From contig OZ240248.1 in the NCBI GenBank assembly GCA_965198235.1, forward strand, positions 3,904,001 to 3,968,000: a stretch of DNA of 64,000 nucleotides, given 5' to 3'. The position numbers and the translations under genes are program-made. Position 1 is the stretch's first letter. Every line of letters starts with the position of its first letter. This DNA comes from Candidatus Poribacteria bacterium. Lineage in GTDB: Bacteria; Poribacteria; WGA-4E; WGA-3G. Shown piece after piece: positions 29,861 to 39,232 of the stretch. The notes under the pieces were generated by a model that did no database searches, was not told the DNA's origin, and worked only from the letters and a program-made list of their open reading frames with translations.

Positions 29861-31870
29861 TTGGAAACAACAGATCGGATTATGGCACAAACATCACAAA
29901 ATATCACCCTCAGAGAAATTTTTAGTCCTGGTGGTCTCATTTCTCAACAGCTTGAGGAATACGAGTTTCGCCAAGAACAATTACAGATGGCACATCAGGT
30001 CGCCCGCGCCTTTACAGCATCTGAGAATCTGATTGTCGAAGCTGGGGCGGGTGTTGGTAAAAGTTTTGCTTATCTGATTCCTGCGATTTCCCTCGCGCTG
30101 AAGGCGGAGCAGAAGGTCGTCATTTCGACGAATACTATTAGTCTACAGGAACAACTCGTCACGAAAGATATTCCTTTTCTTCAGCGTGTGCTCCCGCGCG
30201 ATTTCAATGTAGTTTTGGCAAAGGGACGGCGTAATTACCTCTCGCGAAGAAGACTCAAAAATTTGATGAGTTATGAACGGGGATTATTTGATACGCGTGA
30301 AGAAGTGGAGGAAGTCGCAGAGATTGAAGAGTGGGTGAATCGGACAGTAGATGGCAGTAGGGCTGACCTGCCTTGGCAACCTCAACCGCAGGTTTGGGAT
30401 AAGGTCGTTTCCGACAGAGATAACTGTCTCGGGCGTAATTGCGACACCTACGATATTTGTTTCTATTTCAAAGCCCGAAGAGAAATGTACAACGCGGATT
30501 TGCTTATCGTGAATCATCATTTACTCTTTAGCGATCTCGCAATCCGTAAGGATAGTGAGGCGGCTATGAGTGTGTTACCGGATTACGATTATCTCATCAT
30601 TGATGAGGCACACCACTTAGAAGCGACAGCCACGAACCACGCCAGCATCGACTTCAGCAATACTCGCGTCAAATGGCTCCTGGATTCTCTGTACAATGAA
30701 CGAAACAGAGAAGGCTTAGCGAAACGGTTCGATTCATCACAATTGGAAACTCAGGTCGAGACAGCACGCGAGCAGGCAAATATCCTCTTCAGAACGATTA
30801 TCGAGGCTATGCAAGAAGATATCCGTAGCGAGGAGAGCGGTAACACGTTGACACCACGCATCCATACGAGCAATTTCGTCAGAAATGTACTGGATGCCCC
30901 GCTTGCCGATATTGAAAAAACCCTGAAACGCCTCCGAGACCATGCTATGACGGATGATGATGAACAGGAAATTACGGCGCAGCAACACTATTGTCGACGC
31001 CTCCGGGACGAATTGGATATGATCATTCGGCAGAGCGATCCGAATTATGTTTATTGGGCTGAAATATCGACGCGGGGACGAACACCACGCATCCTTCTCA
31101 ACGCCACACCAGCGAATGTGAATCAGATGTTGCAAGATCATCTGTTCACAGCAAAAAATAGCGTTGTGATGACGAGTGCTACGCTCTCTACAAATCGCAA
31201 CTTCGCTTACTTTAAAAAACGGGTAGGTATTAGTGAGTGTCGTGAGCTTCTTGTAAATTCGCCGTTTGACTTTAAACGGCAAGTACAGATCCATATCCCG
31301 CGTAATATGCCGCATCCAAACAGTAATGGGTTTGTGCCAGCGGCGATTGAAAAGATTAAACACTACCTCAAACTGACCCATGGTAAAGCGTTTGTCCTTT
31401 TCACAAGCTACAAAATGATGGACGAAGTTTACGATGCTGTCGCACCTGATTTGGAAGAAATAGGGATTGATACTTTCAAACAGGGGGGCGAACTTTCACG
31501 AACAGCGATGCTTCAGGCATTTCGTGAAGATACAGACTCAGTCCTATTTGGGACCTCCAGTTTCTGGGAAGGCGTTGACGTTCGCGGTGCATCGCTCAGT
31601 AATGTTATCATTACAAGGCTACCCTTTGAAGTTCCGACGCACCCGGTGATGGAAGCGCGCGTGAAACAGATTAAGGAAGAGGGTGGAAACGAGTTTTTTG
31701 AATTCAGTTTACCAGAAGCAATATTGCGCTTAAAGCAGGGATTTGGACGGCTCATCCGTACGCAGACCGATAACGGAATTGTCGTGATTCTTGACCCGCG
31801 GATTAGAACAGCGAATTACGGGAAACAATTTTTAGAATCACTGCCAGACTGCGAGGTTGTGGAAGAATAA
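29861..31870 (+). CDS. DinG/YoaA-family ATP-dependent DNA helicase
   Basis: EAGAGVGKS, KGRRNY, DEAHH, TSATL, SFWEGVD, QGFGRLIR. Confidence 0.93.
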   Translation: METTDRIMAQTSQNITLREIFSPGGLISQQLEEYEFRQEQLQMAHQVARAFTASENLIVEAGAGVGKSFAYLIPAISLALKAEQKVVISTNTISLQEQLVTKDIPFLQRVLPRDFNVVLAKGRRNYLSRRRLKNLMSYERGLFDTREEVEEVAEIEEWVNRTVDGSRADLPWQPQPQVWDKVVSDRDNCLGRNCDTYDICFYFKARREMYNADLLIVNHHLLFSDLAIRKDSEAAMSVLPDYDYLIIDEAHHLEATATNHASIDFSNTRVKWLLDSLYNERNREGLAKRFDSSQLETQVETAREQANILFRTIIEAMQEDIRSEESGNTLTPRIHTSNFVRNVLDAPLADIEKTLKRLRDHAMTDDDEQEITAQQHYCRRLRDELDMIIRQSDPNYVYWAEISTRGRTPRILLNATPANVNQMLQDHLFTAKNSVVMTSATLSTNRNFAYFKKRVGISECRELLVNSPFDFKRQVQIHIPRNMPHPNSNGFVPAAIEKIKHYLKLTHGKAFVLFTSYKMMDEVYDAVAPDLEEIGIDTFKQGGELSRTAMLQAFREDTDSVLFGTSSFWEGVDVRGASLSNVIITRLPFEVPTHPVMEARVKQIKEEGGNEFFEFSLPEAILRLKQGFGRLIRTQTDNGIVVILDPRIRTANYGKQFLESLPDCEVVEE

Positions 31871-31906
31871 AAAAGATGCCCGCGGTATATGACCCACGAG
31901 CATCTT
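31869..31906 (-). terminator. Intrinsic terminator between convergent genes
   Basis: Minus strand AAGATGCTCGTGG-loop-CCGCGGGCATCTT (13 bp with two GU pairs), followed by a T run. Confidence 0.65.
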
Positions 31907-31959
31907 GATGTGTGCGAATAGCACAGAGTACTATTTTCTTGGCACGAACGCCACTCTAA

Positions 31960-33012
31960 TTAATAGCGTTTCGGTGAAGGTTGCGCAATGCGAATCCCTC
32001 GATCATGCGTGAAGGGGAAATCAAATTCTATCGTTCGATAGCGTTGCGCTGCCCCTGGTGGTGGTGCCTTTTCGATGGGTAGCACAACCTTTAATTCGAG
32101 CGCATTCAACTTTATTTGTGTGAATGGAAGGAAGCCTTCGGCACTCTCACCGGGGCGAATACCTGTCCGGCGTGTACCCACCTGTTTTTCAACGATACGC
32201 ATCCGTTTTTCGATGAGAATCCGCCGTGCAGTTTCAAGCCCATTTTTCACATAAAGTCCTGTTGCGCGCGCCATGTATAAGAAACGCTCCTCCAAATCAT
32301 CGTAACTCATACCGTTATAGATGTTCTCGTCTTGGTCGACGATTTGGCATTTTTTGACATGAAAGATAATGTTTTCACTCCGATTGTTAGTAATCTTCAC
32401 ATAAAACACATCTGTTTTGTCGCCTTGGTGGAGTGCTTCGGTCTCATAAAAAGGCGAAAAAGCATTTCCGCGATTGTACTTCCGGTCAAGGTCTGTCCGC
32501 CGCCAATACGCGATAGAAATAGTAATCCCATCCTCAGTCTTCGTTAGAATTGGCTGTCTTGCCTGCACTTGAAACAGTTTTGGATGGTCAGACATCATGA
32601 TGACATCAACGACTTTCCTATCTTCACCGCTGCCCCTTTCAATCTGAATTTGAGTGTCTGTCCACGCATTGAGGAAATCACCCCACTGGTCCTCGGCGTG
32701 TGAATATTCGTTGAACGCGAATATATAGGTTAACGCTTCTATGTTGGCATCACGCGCTTTTCCAATTCGGAATCCGACAGTACTCATACCGTATTTGTCC
32801 AGCACCGGCTTCGCGAGTGCCTCAGAAGGGACTGCAGGAATAATTACCTCTTCAGTTGGGTTTTCACTCTGTAGTGCCAATACTGCCGCTATGTTATGCA
32901 CGGGTTGAATTGGTGATAAGTTACTGAGTGCCGTACCACAACCCGCAACGCTAAAGGCGAGTGCAAATAGCAGCCCAAGATTGAGTGCTGTGAATTTATT
33001 CAACCATTTCAT
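31960..33012 (-). CDS. Hypothetical lipoprotein
   Basis: MKWLNK...LAFSVAGC lipobox; AAGGAGG RBS. Confidence 0.75.
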   Translation of the reverse strand: MKWLNKFTALNLGLLFALAFSVAGCGTALSNLSPIQPVHNIAAVLALQSENPTEEVIIPAVPSEALAKPVLDKYGMSTVGFRIGKARDANIEALTYIFAFNEYSHAEDQWGDFLNAWTDTQIQIERGSGEDRKVVDVIMMSDHPKLFQVQARQPILTKTEDGITISIAYWRRTDLDRKYNRGNAFSPFYETEALHQGDKTDVFYVKITNNRSENIIFHVKKCQIVDQDENIYNGMSYDDLEERFLYMARATGLYVKNGLETARRILIEKRMRIVEKQVGTRRTGIRPGESAEGFLPFTQIKLNALELKVVLPIEKAPPPGAAQRYRTIEFDFPFTHDRGIRIAQPSPKRY

Positions 33013-33175
33013 TGATAATATTGCCTCCTTGGTTACCATTCTCCGAATGGCAAATTCGTTTCTCGGTTTCCACTCTGGAGATACTCAAAAGATCCATACG
33101 CAAGCGTCTACGGATGGTTTTGAGAAAGCCAGAGCGAGATAAAAGTGATGCGTCTAAAACTGATTTTATGTTTTT

Positions 33176-33204
33176 AGAATAACATAACTGCAATTTTTAG
33201 TCAA
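33176..33204 (-). promoter_or_regulatory. Sigma70-type promoter giving a leader of about 155 nt
   Basis: TTGACT-17 nt-TATTCT with extended -10 TG. Confidence 0.55.
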
Positions 33205-33231
33205 GAAATATATGAGAAGAATTTATTGTAA

Positions 33232-35349
33232 TCATTTTACAATGCTCAATTTCCCAATTTCTTGAACAAGCACGTCCGCCTGCATTGCAGAAATACGGTA
33301 AATATAAATGCCGGGTGCAAGGGATATACCGTTGCGTGTTACAGCGTGCCATTCAAATTTACCTTGCGCCCCTACATTTTCTCGCGTTTCACTATAGACA
33401 AGATCCCCCGTGGGGATAAAAACCTCAAGGCGAATGTTATCGGCGATCTGCGAAGCAGACAACCGATAGGCGAATGTCACTACTGTATCACCGGTAAGGA
33501 AAGGATTTGGATATACCTTTATCTCATCAAGCGCGAAATCTTCTGCCTGAAGTTGATCTACACGCAAACGGTAAGAATCAACACTGCTGAATCCACCTTC
33601 TGATTCCACGATAATATAGAATATATCTGTCCTATCGGGTTGATAGATGAGTTTCAGTCCACCGATTTCAGTCGCATTTTCCCCAGTAGCGATCATCTCA
33701 CCGGTCGCTGTGTGCAGGGATAAGCGGTAGTTTTTGCCTGGCGGGATGTCAGCCAACGTCACCAAAATCGTGATGCCACGAGTTGCTTCCAATTTGTAAA
33801 CATCGCGTGTATCAGATAAGTTAAAAAGGAAGGATTCGTAAGTTTGTCCGTATGTGATAGGGAACGCAGTCGCAAGTGTATCGTTTGGTTCGTAAGTATC
33901 ACCGAACGACACAAGAATAAGAATCGTCCGACCTTCCGCTCCGATATTCGTAATAGAAATACCGGTTACAGTGCCGTCGTTAGCGTTACTATTTGGCACG
34001 GTCCCGGGTGTAAAAGCGGTCTGTTCATCATCCGCGGAGTAAGCGGCACCATCGGTTAGCGTTTGCACATCTATAAATTCAACATCGTCCTGTTGATAGA
34101 TACCGAGATGTTCAGGATCCGCTGGGTCTTCAAGCCAAATCTGTTGAGAGGCATCAAACGTCCCAAGCGGATACGGATGTGTCTCGTCGATATGCCAGAT
34201 CAGTATACCAGATTCAGGAAGGTAGGTATCAAAAGTCGCACCTGACGTTTTGTTCCGATTTTCTATGAGGAAAAATTCTGTTGCCTCTCCATGAACGGAG
34301 GTAGCTGACGAATGAATGTCAATTTTGAAAAGCTTATTGGTTTTGGGTCCGAGTTCAAAACTGGGTACATCAATCTTTTGGTTTTGTGTTATTTGAACGG
34401 GTTGAATCCAGCCAAGGCGCCCATTTTGAGGTCGCGCATCAAAATCCCATTTGAGGTATCCCATAATATGGCTCGGCTGTAAACCGTTCCCGACCCCTAA
34501 TTCCGCCGGACCTTGGTAGGGACCAAATTGGCTCATCAATCCCCATTTGTGATCGCGTGCATCTGTGAAGTCGAATCCGTATACATCGGGAGCACCGAAA
34601 TCGTGGAAAAACTCGTGGAAATAGATTCCCAAGTGCGGATGCTCAAAATCAGGTTCCTCAGCTACAACGGCTGTGGTATTGACACGTACTCCATCATGAA
34701 CGGCATTAACGGCGGGTGTTAGGAGAGACGCAATGTCCTCAATGACTGCACTTGAAGCCTGATCATTACCTGAATGGATAAGGAAGATGTGATCGACGAT
34801 TCCGTCGTTGTCTCTGTCGTATTGCGAAAAGTCAACGATTGCGTCCGCAGCCTCGCATGCTTCGCGAACCAATTCCTGATAGCGTTCCAGGATTCTTCCG
34901 CCTTCGCCGTAATAGGTCATCGGTTTTTTGGCACGAATCCATGTATTGCCTTTTGGGATAACTCCGCCCATCGGACCGGGCTGGATATCCATCTGTCCAT
35001 AAGAATTTTCACGATAATACGTTTTGAGGGAAACGCCTTCCGTGGCGAAAAGATATTTATCGAACGCTGCCCCTTCTCTACGTCCGGGCATATCAGCAAA
35101 ATCTATTTTCAAGGCGAGGACATATTCTATGCCATCTGACTGCAAGATCCCTTGTTCTCTGGCGAAGCAGCATCCTTCAAGAGCCTCAAGAAACTCTACT
35201 CTACTTTGAGGTGTTTTAGGCACGAATTCACCACTTGCTGAATCTTTATTAAAATAGAGATATGGATTTGGCGGTGCAGCGATGCTTAGAGGAGAAAAGA
35301 GGACAAGGGTGACGATACCAATAGTCAAACTCTGCAAGGTCATTCGCAT
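33232..35349 (-). CDS. Secreted M6 family (immune inhibitor A-like) metalloprotease with PPC-like and T9SS-CTD/FlgD-like domains
   Basis: YYRENSYG, DFSQYDRDNDG, HEFFHDFGAPD, EFFLIENR, GILIWHIDE, DTYEPNDT, C-terminal VYPNPF...APGIYIYRI...KLSIVK. Start placed at the signal peptide. Confidence 0.88.
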   Translation of the reverse strand: MRMTLQSLTIGIVTLVLFSPLSIAAPPNPYLYFNKDSASGEFVPKTPQSRVEFLEALEGCCFAREQGILQSDGIEYVLALKIDFADMPGRREGAAFDKYLFATEGVSLKTYYRENSYGQMDIQPGPMGGVIPKGNTWIRAKKPMTYYGEGGRILERYQELVREACEAADAIVDFSQYDRDNDGIVDHIFLIHSGNDQASSAVIEDIASLLTPAVNAVHDGVRVNTTAVVAEEPDFEHPHLGIYFHEFFHDFGAPDVYGFDFTDARDHKWGLMSQFGPYQGPAELGVGNGLQPSHIMGYLKWDFDARPQNGRLGWIQPVQITQNQKIDVPSFELGPKTNKLFKIDIHSSATSVHGEATEFFLIENRNKTSGATFDTYLPESGILIWHIDETHPYPLGTFDASQQIWLEDPADPEHLGIYQQDDVEFIDVQTLTDGAAYSADDEQTAFTPGTVPNSNANDGTVTGISITNIGAEGRTILILVSFGDTYEPNDTLATAFPITYGQTYESFLFNLSDTRDVYKLEATRGITILVTLADIPPGKNYRLSLHTATGEMIATGENATEIGGLKLIYQPDRTDIFYIIVESEGGFSSVDSYRLRVDQLQAEDFALDEIKVYPNPFLTGDTVVTFAYRLSASQIADNIRLEVFIPTGDLVYSETRENVGAQGKFEWHAVTRNGISLAPGIYIYRISAMQADVLVQEIGKLSIVK

Positions 35350-35383
35350 GGACGAAGAGAGGCGATGTAAAACTAAAACAGGC

Positions 35384-36679
35384 TTAATCAAACTCCCCTC
35401 CGCACTTCCTGCACAAGATATAGAACTGGATATCATCGGATTGGGCATGTTGTATCATGAGGTCAACTGCCTGTTGTGGCAGATCTGCTGCACATTTCGG
35501 GCATTTATAGAGTGAGCCTTCTATTTCTGGGAATTCGGTGATATTTCCCCATACATCCTGAAGCCAGTATTTGAATTCCCAAGGTAGTTCGGTGTTGACA
35601 GCAGTTGCGATCTGGACAGCATGGCGGATTAGCTTTTGGCATTCGTGAATGGAGGCGGGTTCGTAGGGGTGCGGTGCATGCTTAATTGGGAGCGATTTCC
35701 CTCCCGTTTCAGTTTGCGCGTTGAAATCGCGAGCACGGGTAAGCAAAATCTGGTCTAAGCGTGAACCGGCTTCTCTTCCTTTAGACCAGAGACGGTAGTA
35801 GCCTGCCCGTTTAATTTGGAAAAAAGCTGGGTTGATTCCTTGTTTGGTGTTTACAACGCTGTCCGGCCCGGTATTCCATAACCAGCGGTGCCATTTGGAA
35901 GTATCATCCGGATCGGGACAAATTCGAATAGCTCCTGGACCCCCATCCCTATCCCACGGTTTTGCGAGTGCATCATCCATACCGATCCAATATGAGTCTT
36001 TACTCCATTCAAAGAATGCGCGAGCCCAGAGGTACCACTTCCCTGTTTTAGGGATATAAATTTCGTGTATTGCCCGCGCCCCCTTCAAACTGTCGATAGC
36101 TCTTCCGCCAGAGGCTTCTTCATGCTCAACCATTCTCACACCCTTATCAAGATGGATTGCGGTGTCTGCTTCGATAACGAGTATGTCCTTCGGCAAGCGA
36201 ACGAGCTCTTGGAGTTCATCATCGCCCGGTTCTATGGGTTCCATGAGATCATAGTTTTTCGCAATCCTTTGTGAGACCTTCTCAAACTGTTTCTCAGAAA
36301 GGTTTGCGTCAAAAAAGCAATCGCGGATACCTTTCTTCCAGAGGTCCAGGAGTAGGAACATTGCCTTCAGGTTGCCATCTGGGCGTTTCCGGGTACCCAC
36401 CACGATTAACATACCGGTATCCTTAGAACGACTGATTAAGCACCGATGCAATGGGAAATTAGGTGCTTTAAGGGCTCTGCTTGAGACAATAAGTGGCGAG
36501 TAATATCGGCATTTTTCATCACATCCTGGGATCTTGGCACGTTTGGCTCTACAGCATTCCGGGCAAATTAACATGCCGTTGAGTGCCGGGCAGATCCGCT
36601 TGCCATTATCTGAGCGACACGTTCGACATCGTTGGCGTTTCGGCTTTCTTTTTGAAGTTTGGTATCGCTGATGTCGCAT
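35384..36679 (-). CDS. Hypothetical protein with Cys-rich termini and an internal CBM-like beta-sandwich
   Basis: N-terminal CRTC/CPAL/CPECC, C-terminal CPKC...CRKC, internal IEAD...ASGG...WYLWAR...REAGSRLDQILLT. Confidence 0.75.
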   Translation of the reverse strand: MRHQRYQTSKRKPKRQRCRTCRSDNGKRICPALNGMLICPECCRAKRAKIPGCDEKCRYYSPLIVSSRALKAPNFPLHRCLISRSKDTGMLIVVGTRKRPDGNLKAMFLLLDLWKKGIRDCFFDANLSEKQFEKVSQRIAKNYDLMEPIEPGDDELQELVRLPKDILVIEADTAIHLDKGVRMVEHEEASGGRAIDSLKGARAIHEIYIPKTGKWYLWARAFFEWSKDSYWIGMDDALAKPWDRDGGPGAIRICPDPDDTSKWHRWLWNTGPDSVVNTKQGINPAFFQIKRAGYYRLWSKGREAGSRLDQILLTRARDFNAQTETGGKSLPIKHAPHPYEPASIHECQKLIRHAVQIATAVNTELPWEFKYWLQDVWGNITEFPEIEGSLYKCPKCAADLPQQAVDLMIQHAQSDDIQFYILCRKCGGEFD

Positions 36680-36864
36680 GTTTCTTCCAAAAAGGGGAAT
36701 GTAGTTGGAAATCTTACCAAGAATCCTGTGAGAAATTAGAGGTTGTTGGTTAACGAATGGTGTTGCAGAAGCGTCTGAGACCCATCAACTGTGGAGCCAT
36801 CGTAACTTCAATGCGAAAATACTCCTTGATCAAGTTGTAAGGGATCTACCTGCAACGAGGGAGA

Positions 36865-39165
36865 TTAACTCGGACGGTTGACTAAATCTGCCAAATACTC
36901 AGCAATTTTATCGGTAATCTGTTGTGCGTCTACATCTGCAAAGTTAAACAGCTCCTTAAGCATAGGAGAAATGGCACCCGTATCAAGCAAGGCATTCGCG
37001 AGTCTACCCATATTGCTTCGGTTAATACCACCTTGTCCATCATTATTCCCCATATCCAGGATCTTGATGCTGTCGATTTTCTCAACAGGCCGCATGAGTT
37101 GTTCGATAATATCTGAGGATTCGTCAATTAGTTCCATGATAGCCTCTTGGACGAGGACACGTTGTTCAGCAACATTTCGAGCTTCATATTCTGCCATCTC
37201 GCCTTGTGCTTTCGCACGCGCCTCGGCAAGTACAGCATCAGCAAGACGTTCGATCGGTTGTGCCTGTGCTTCAGCACCAATAATTGCCACCTCACGCTGC
37301 CATTCGGCTTCTTTCACCTGTTCTGTTGCCATCACATTCACTTCTGCGCCCATACGTTCAGCTTCCGCAACTAACTGCTCTTTCTCTGCAAGTGCCGTTA
37401 CCTGCTGTTTATTCGCAACATCGATCTTCCGATCCTCGTCGGTTAAAACGACCTGTAATTCCTGATTGATGCGGGTTTGCTCCACCGTCAAGGTTTTAGC
37501 AATCTCGGCGAGTGAAACCTGTCGCACCTGGTCGATCTGTGCGGTTTCAACAACGAGGTGCTTCTCGATTTCGCGCTGTTGGACCTGTTGCTCTTGACTG
37601 AAGCGCTCCGTCTGGACTGCTAAATCGCGCTGGATGTCTCGTAAAGACACGCCTTCTTCTTGGGCAATACGAGCCCTTTCCACAACGAGTTGTTTTTCAA
37701 TCTCTCGTGTCTCTACCTGTTGTTCCTGTGCAATTCGTGCTATCTCTACTGCCAAGGTTTTGGCAACTTCAGCGAGTTCGACTTGGCGCATCTGGTCAAT
37801 CTGTGCGGTTTCGACGACGAGGTTTTTCTCGATTTCACGCTGCTGGACCTGTTGCTCTTGACTGAAACGTGCCGTCTGCACCGAGAGTTCACGCTCAATA
37901 TCCCGTAGCATAACCCCTTCTTCCTGGGCAATGCGGGCTTTCTCTACCGTCAATACTTTCTCTATTTCGCGAACAGCAATTGCCTGCTCCTGTGCAATTC
38001 TCTGAATTTGGACGACGAGGTGTTGCTCAATTTCGGCGAGCTGCACAACTTTGGATTGCTCAATCTGTTGTGTTTCAACAATGAGGTTCTTCTCGATTTC
38101 ACGTTCGGCGACGATCTGTTCTTGCTGGACGCGAGCGACTTCGATGTCACGGTTCATCTCAATTTCGCGTTCTTGGATGACCTGTTCTTGTCTGATACGT
38201 GCGCGTTCAACCTCCTGCTTCATCTCATATTCACGTTCTTGCACACCCTGTTCCATCTCAAATTGGAATTTGAGGGTCTCCGCTTCCCGTTCAGCGGCAT
38301 AGATAGCAATGTTCTTCTGCTGGTCGGATTCTGCCCATGCTTGTTGTTGTTCGGCTTCAAGTTTCTGTATACGGGCATCGACCTCAATTTGAACAATAGC
38401 GACCTCTTTTTCCTGTACAATCCGTTCTTTTTCTCGTTCCTGCTCAGCTGTAATTTCGATGATTTCACGGATACCGACTGCGTCGAAGCGGTTTTCGGCA
38501 TCGAGCGTTTCAACGGGGGTCTGATCTACCCGAATAATCGATACGGTTTCAAGGGTTAATCCGTTTTGGATTTCGAGATCCTCACCGCATGCCGCTTGCA
38601 CCTTGTCAGCAAACTCTTGGCGTTTCTGGAGGAGATTCTGAATCTCACTTTCGGCTGCTACACTTCGCAATGCACCCTCGAGTTTGGGTTCAATTAATTC
38701 GCGGACAGTTTCTGGGGTCATAGATTTATCGCCGAGTGCTTGTGCCGCGCGTAGGATAGCGGTTTCTTCAGGCTCGACTTTAAGGTAGAAAACAACCTCG
38801 ACATCACCCCGGTTAAAGTCGTACGTAATCAAAGCCTCCGGACCTTCTCGTATAACCTCAATTCGCATGGTGTTGAGAGAGATTTCTTTGATCTCATGGA
38901 TGATGGTGTTAACCCAGAGACCACCGGTGATACGGATTTTCTCTCTTGCACCACCTGTTCGCACGAGTGCGATATCGGCTTTCGGTATACGGTAGCGAAT
39001 GACTGTAGCGGCAAAGGTCGCCAGACTCGCAAATAATACGAAGAGAATGACTGTTAACCACCGTATGACTTGGTTCTGCCCAAAACGGTCAAGGTTTTGA
39101 TAGGCGAACCAGCCAACAGCGACTGCTACAGCTATTAAGAAAACGATAACAGCAATGAAGCGCAT
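36865..39165 (-). CDS. SPFH/flotillin (YqiK-like) protein with an expanded coiled-coil
   Basis: Two TM helices, ALVRTG, LEGALRSVAA, NGLTLETVSI, NRFDAVG, C-terminal PVEKIDSIKIL. Confidence 0.9.
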   Translation of the reverse strand: MRFIAVIVFLIAVAVAVGWFAYQNLDRFGQNQVIRWLTVILFVLFASLATFAATVIRYRIPKADIALVRTGGAREKIRITGGLWVNTIIHEIKEISLNTMRIEVIREGPEALITYDFNRGDVEVVFYLKVEPEETAILRAAQALGDKSMTPETVRELIEPKLEGALRSVAAESEIQNLLQKRQEFADKVQAACGEDLEIQNGLTLETVSIIRVDQTPVETLDAENRFDAVGIREIIEITAEQEREKERIVQEKEVAIVQIEVDARIQKLEAEQQQAWAESDQQKNIAIYAAEREAETLKFQFEMEQGVQEREYEMKQEVERARIRQEQVIQEREIEMNRDIEVARVQQEQIVAEREIEKNLIVETQQIEQSKVVQLAEIEQHLVVQIQRIAQEQAIAVREIEKVLTVEKARIAQEEGVMLRDIERELSVQTARFSQEQQVQQREIEKNLVVETAQIDQMRQVELAEVAKTLAVEIARIAQEQQVETREIEKQLVVERARIAQEEGVSLRDIQRDLAVQTERFSQEQQVQQREIEKHLVVETAQIDQVRQVSLAEIAKTLTVEQTRINQELQVVLTDEDRKIDVANKQQVTALAEKEQLVAEAERMGAEVNVMATEQVKEAEWQREVAIIGAEAQAQPIERLADAVLAEARAKAQGEMAEYEARNVAEQRVLVQEAIMELIDESSDIIEQLMRPVEKIDSIKILDMGNNDGQGGINRSNMGRLANALLDTGAISPMLKELFNFADVDAQQITDKIAEYLADLVNRPS
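37462..38253 (-). repeat. Intragenic tandem repeat of 12 x 66 nt with a 264-nt higher-order period
   Basis: TTCTCGATTTC recurs at 37562, 37826 and 38090, exactly 264 nt apart; 22-aa units such as EQQVQQREIEKNLVVETAQIDQ. Confidence 0.9.
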
Positions 39166-39232
39166 TCAATTCTCCTATAGAATGATAGCACGAAGGCACA
39201 GGTGGTGTTTTAAACACGCCTGTAATAATTAA

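Noticed and set aside
37462-38253. Periodic DNA repeat as a CRISPR array
   Set aside because: The repeats are in-frame coding units of 66 and 264 nt with no unique spacers and no cas genes.
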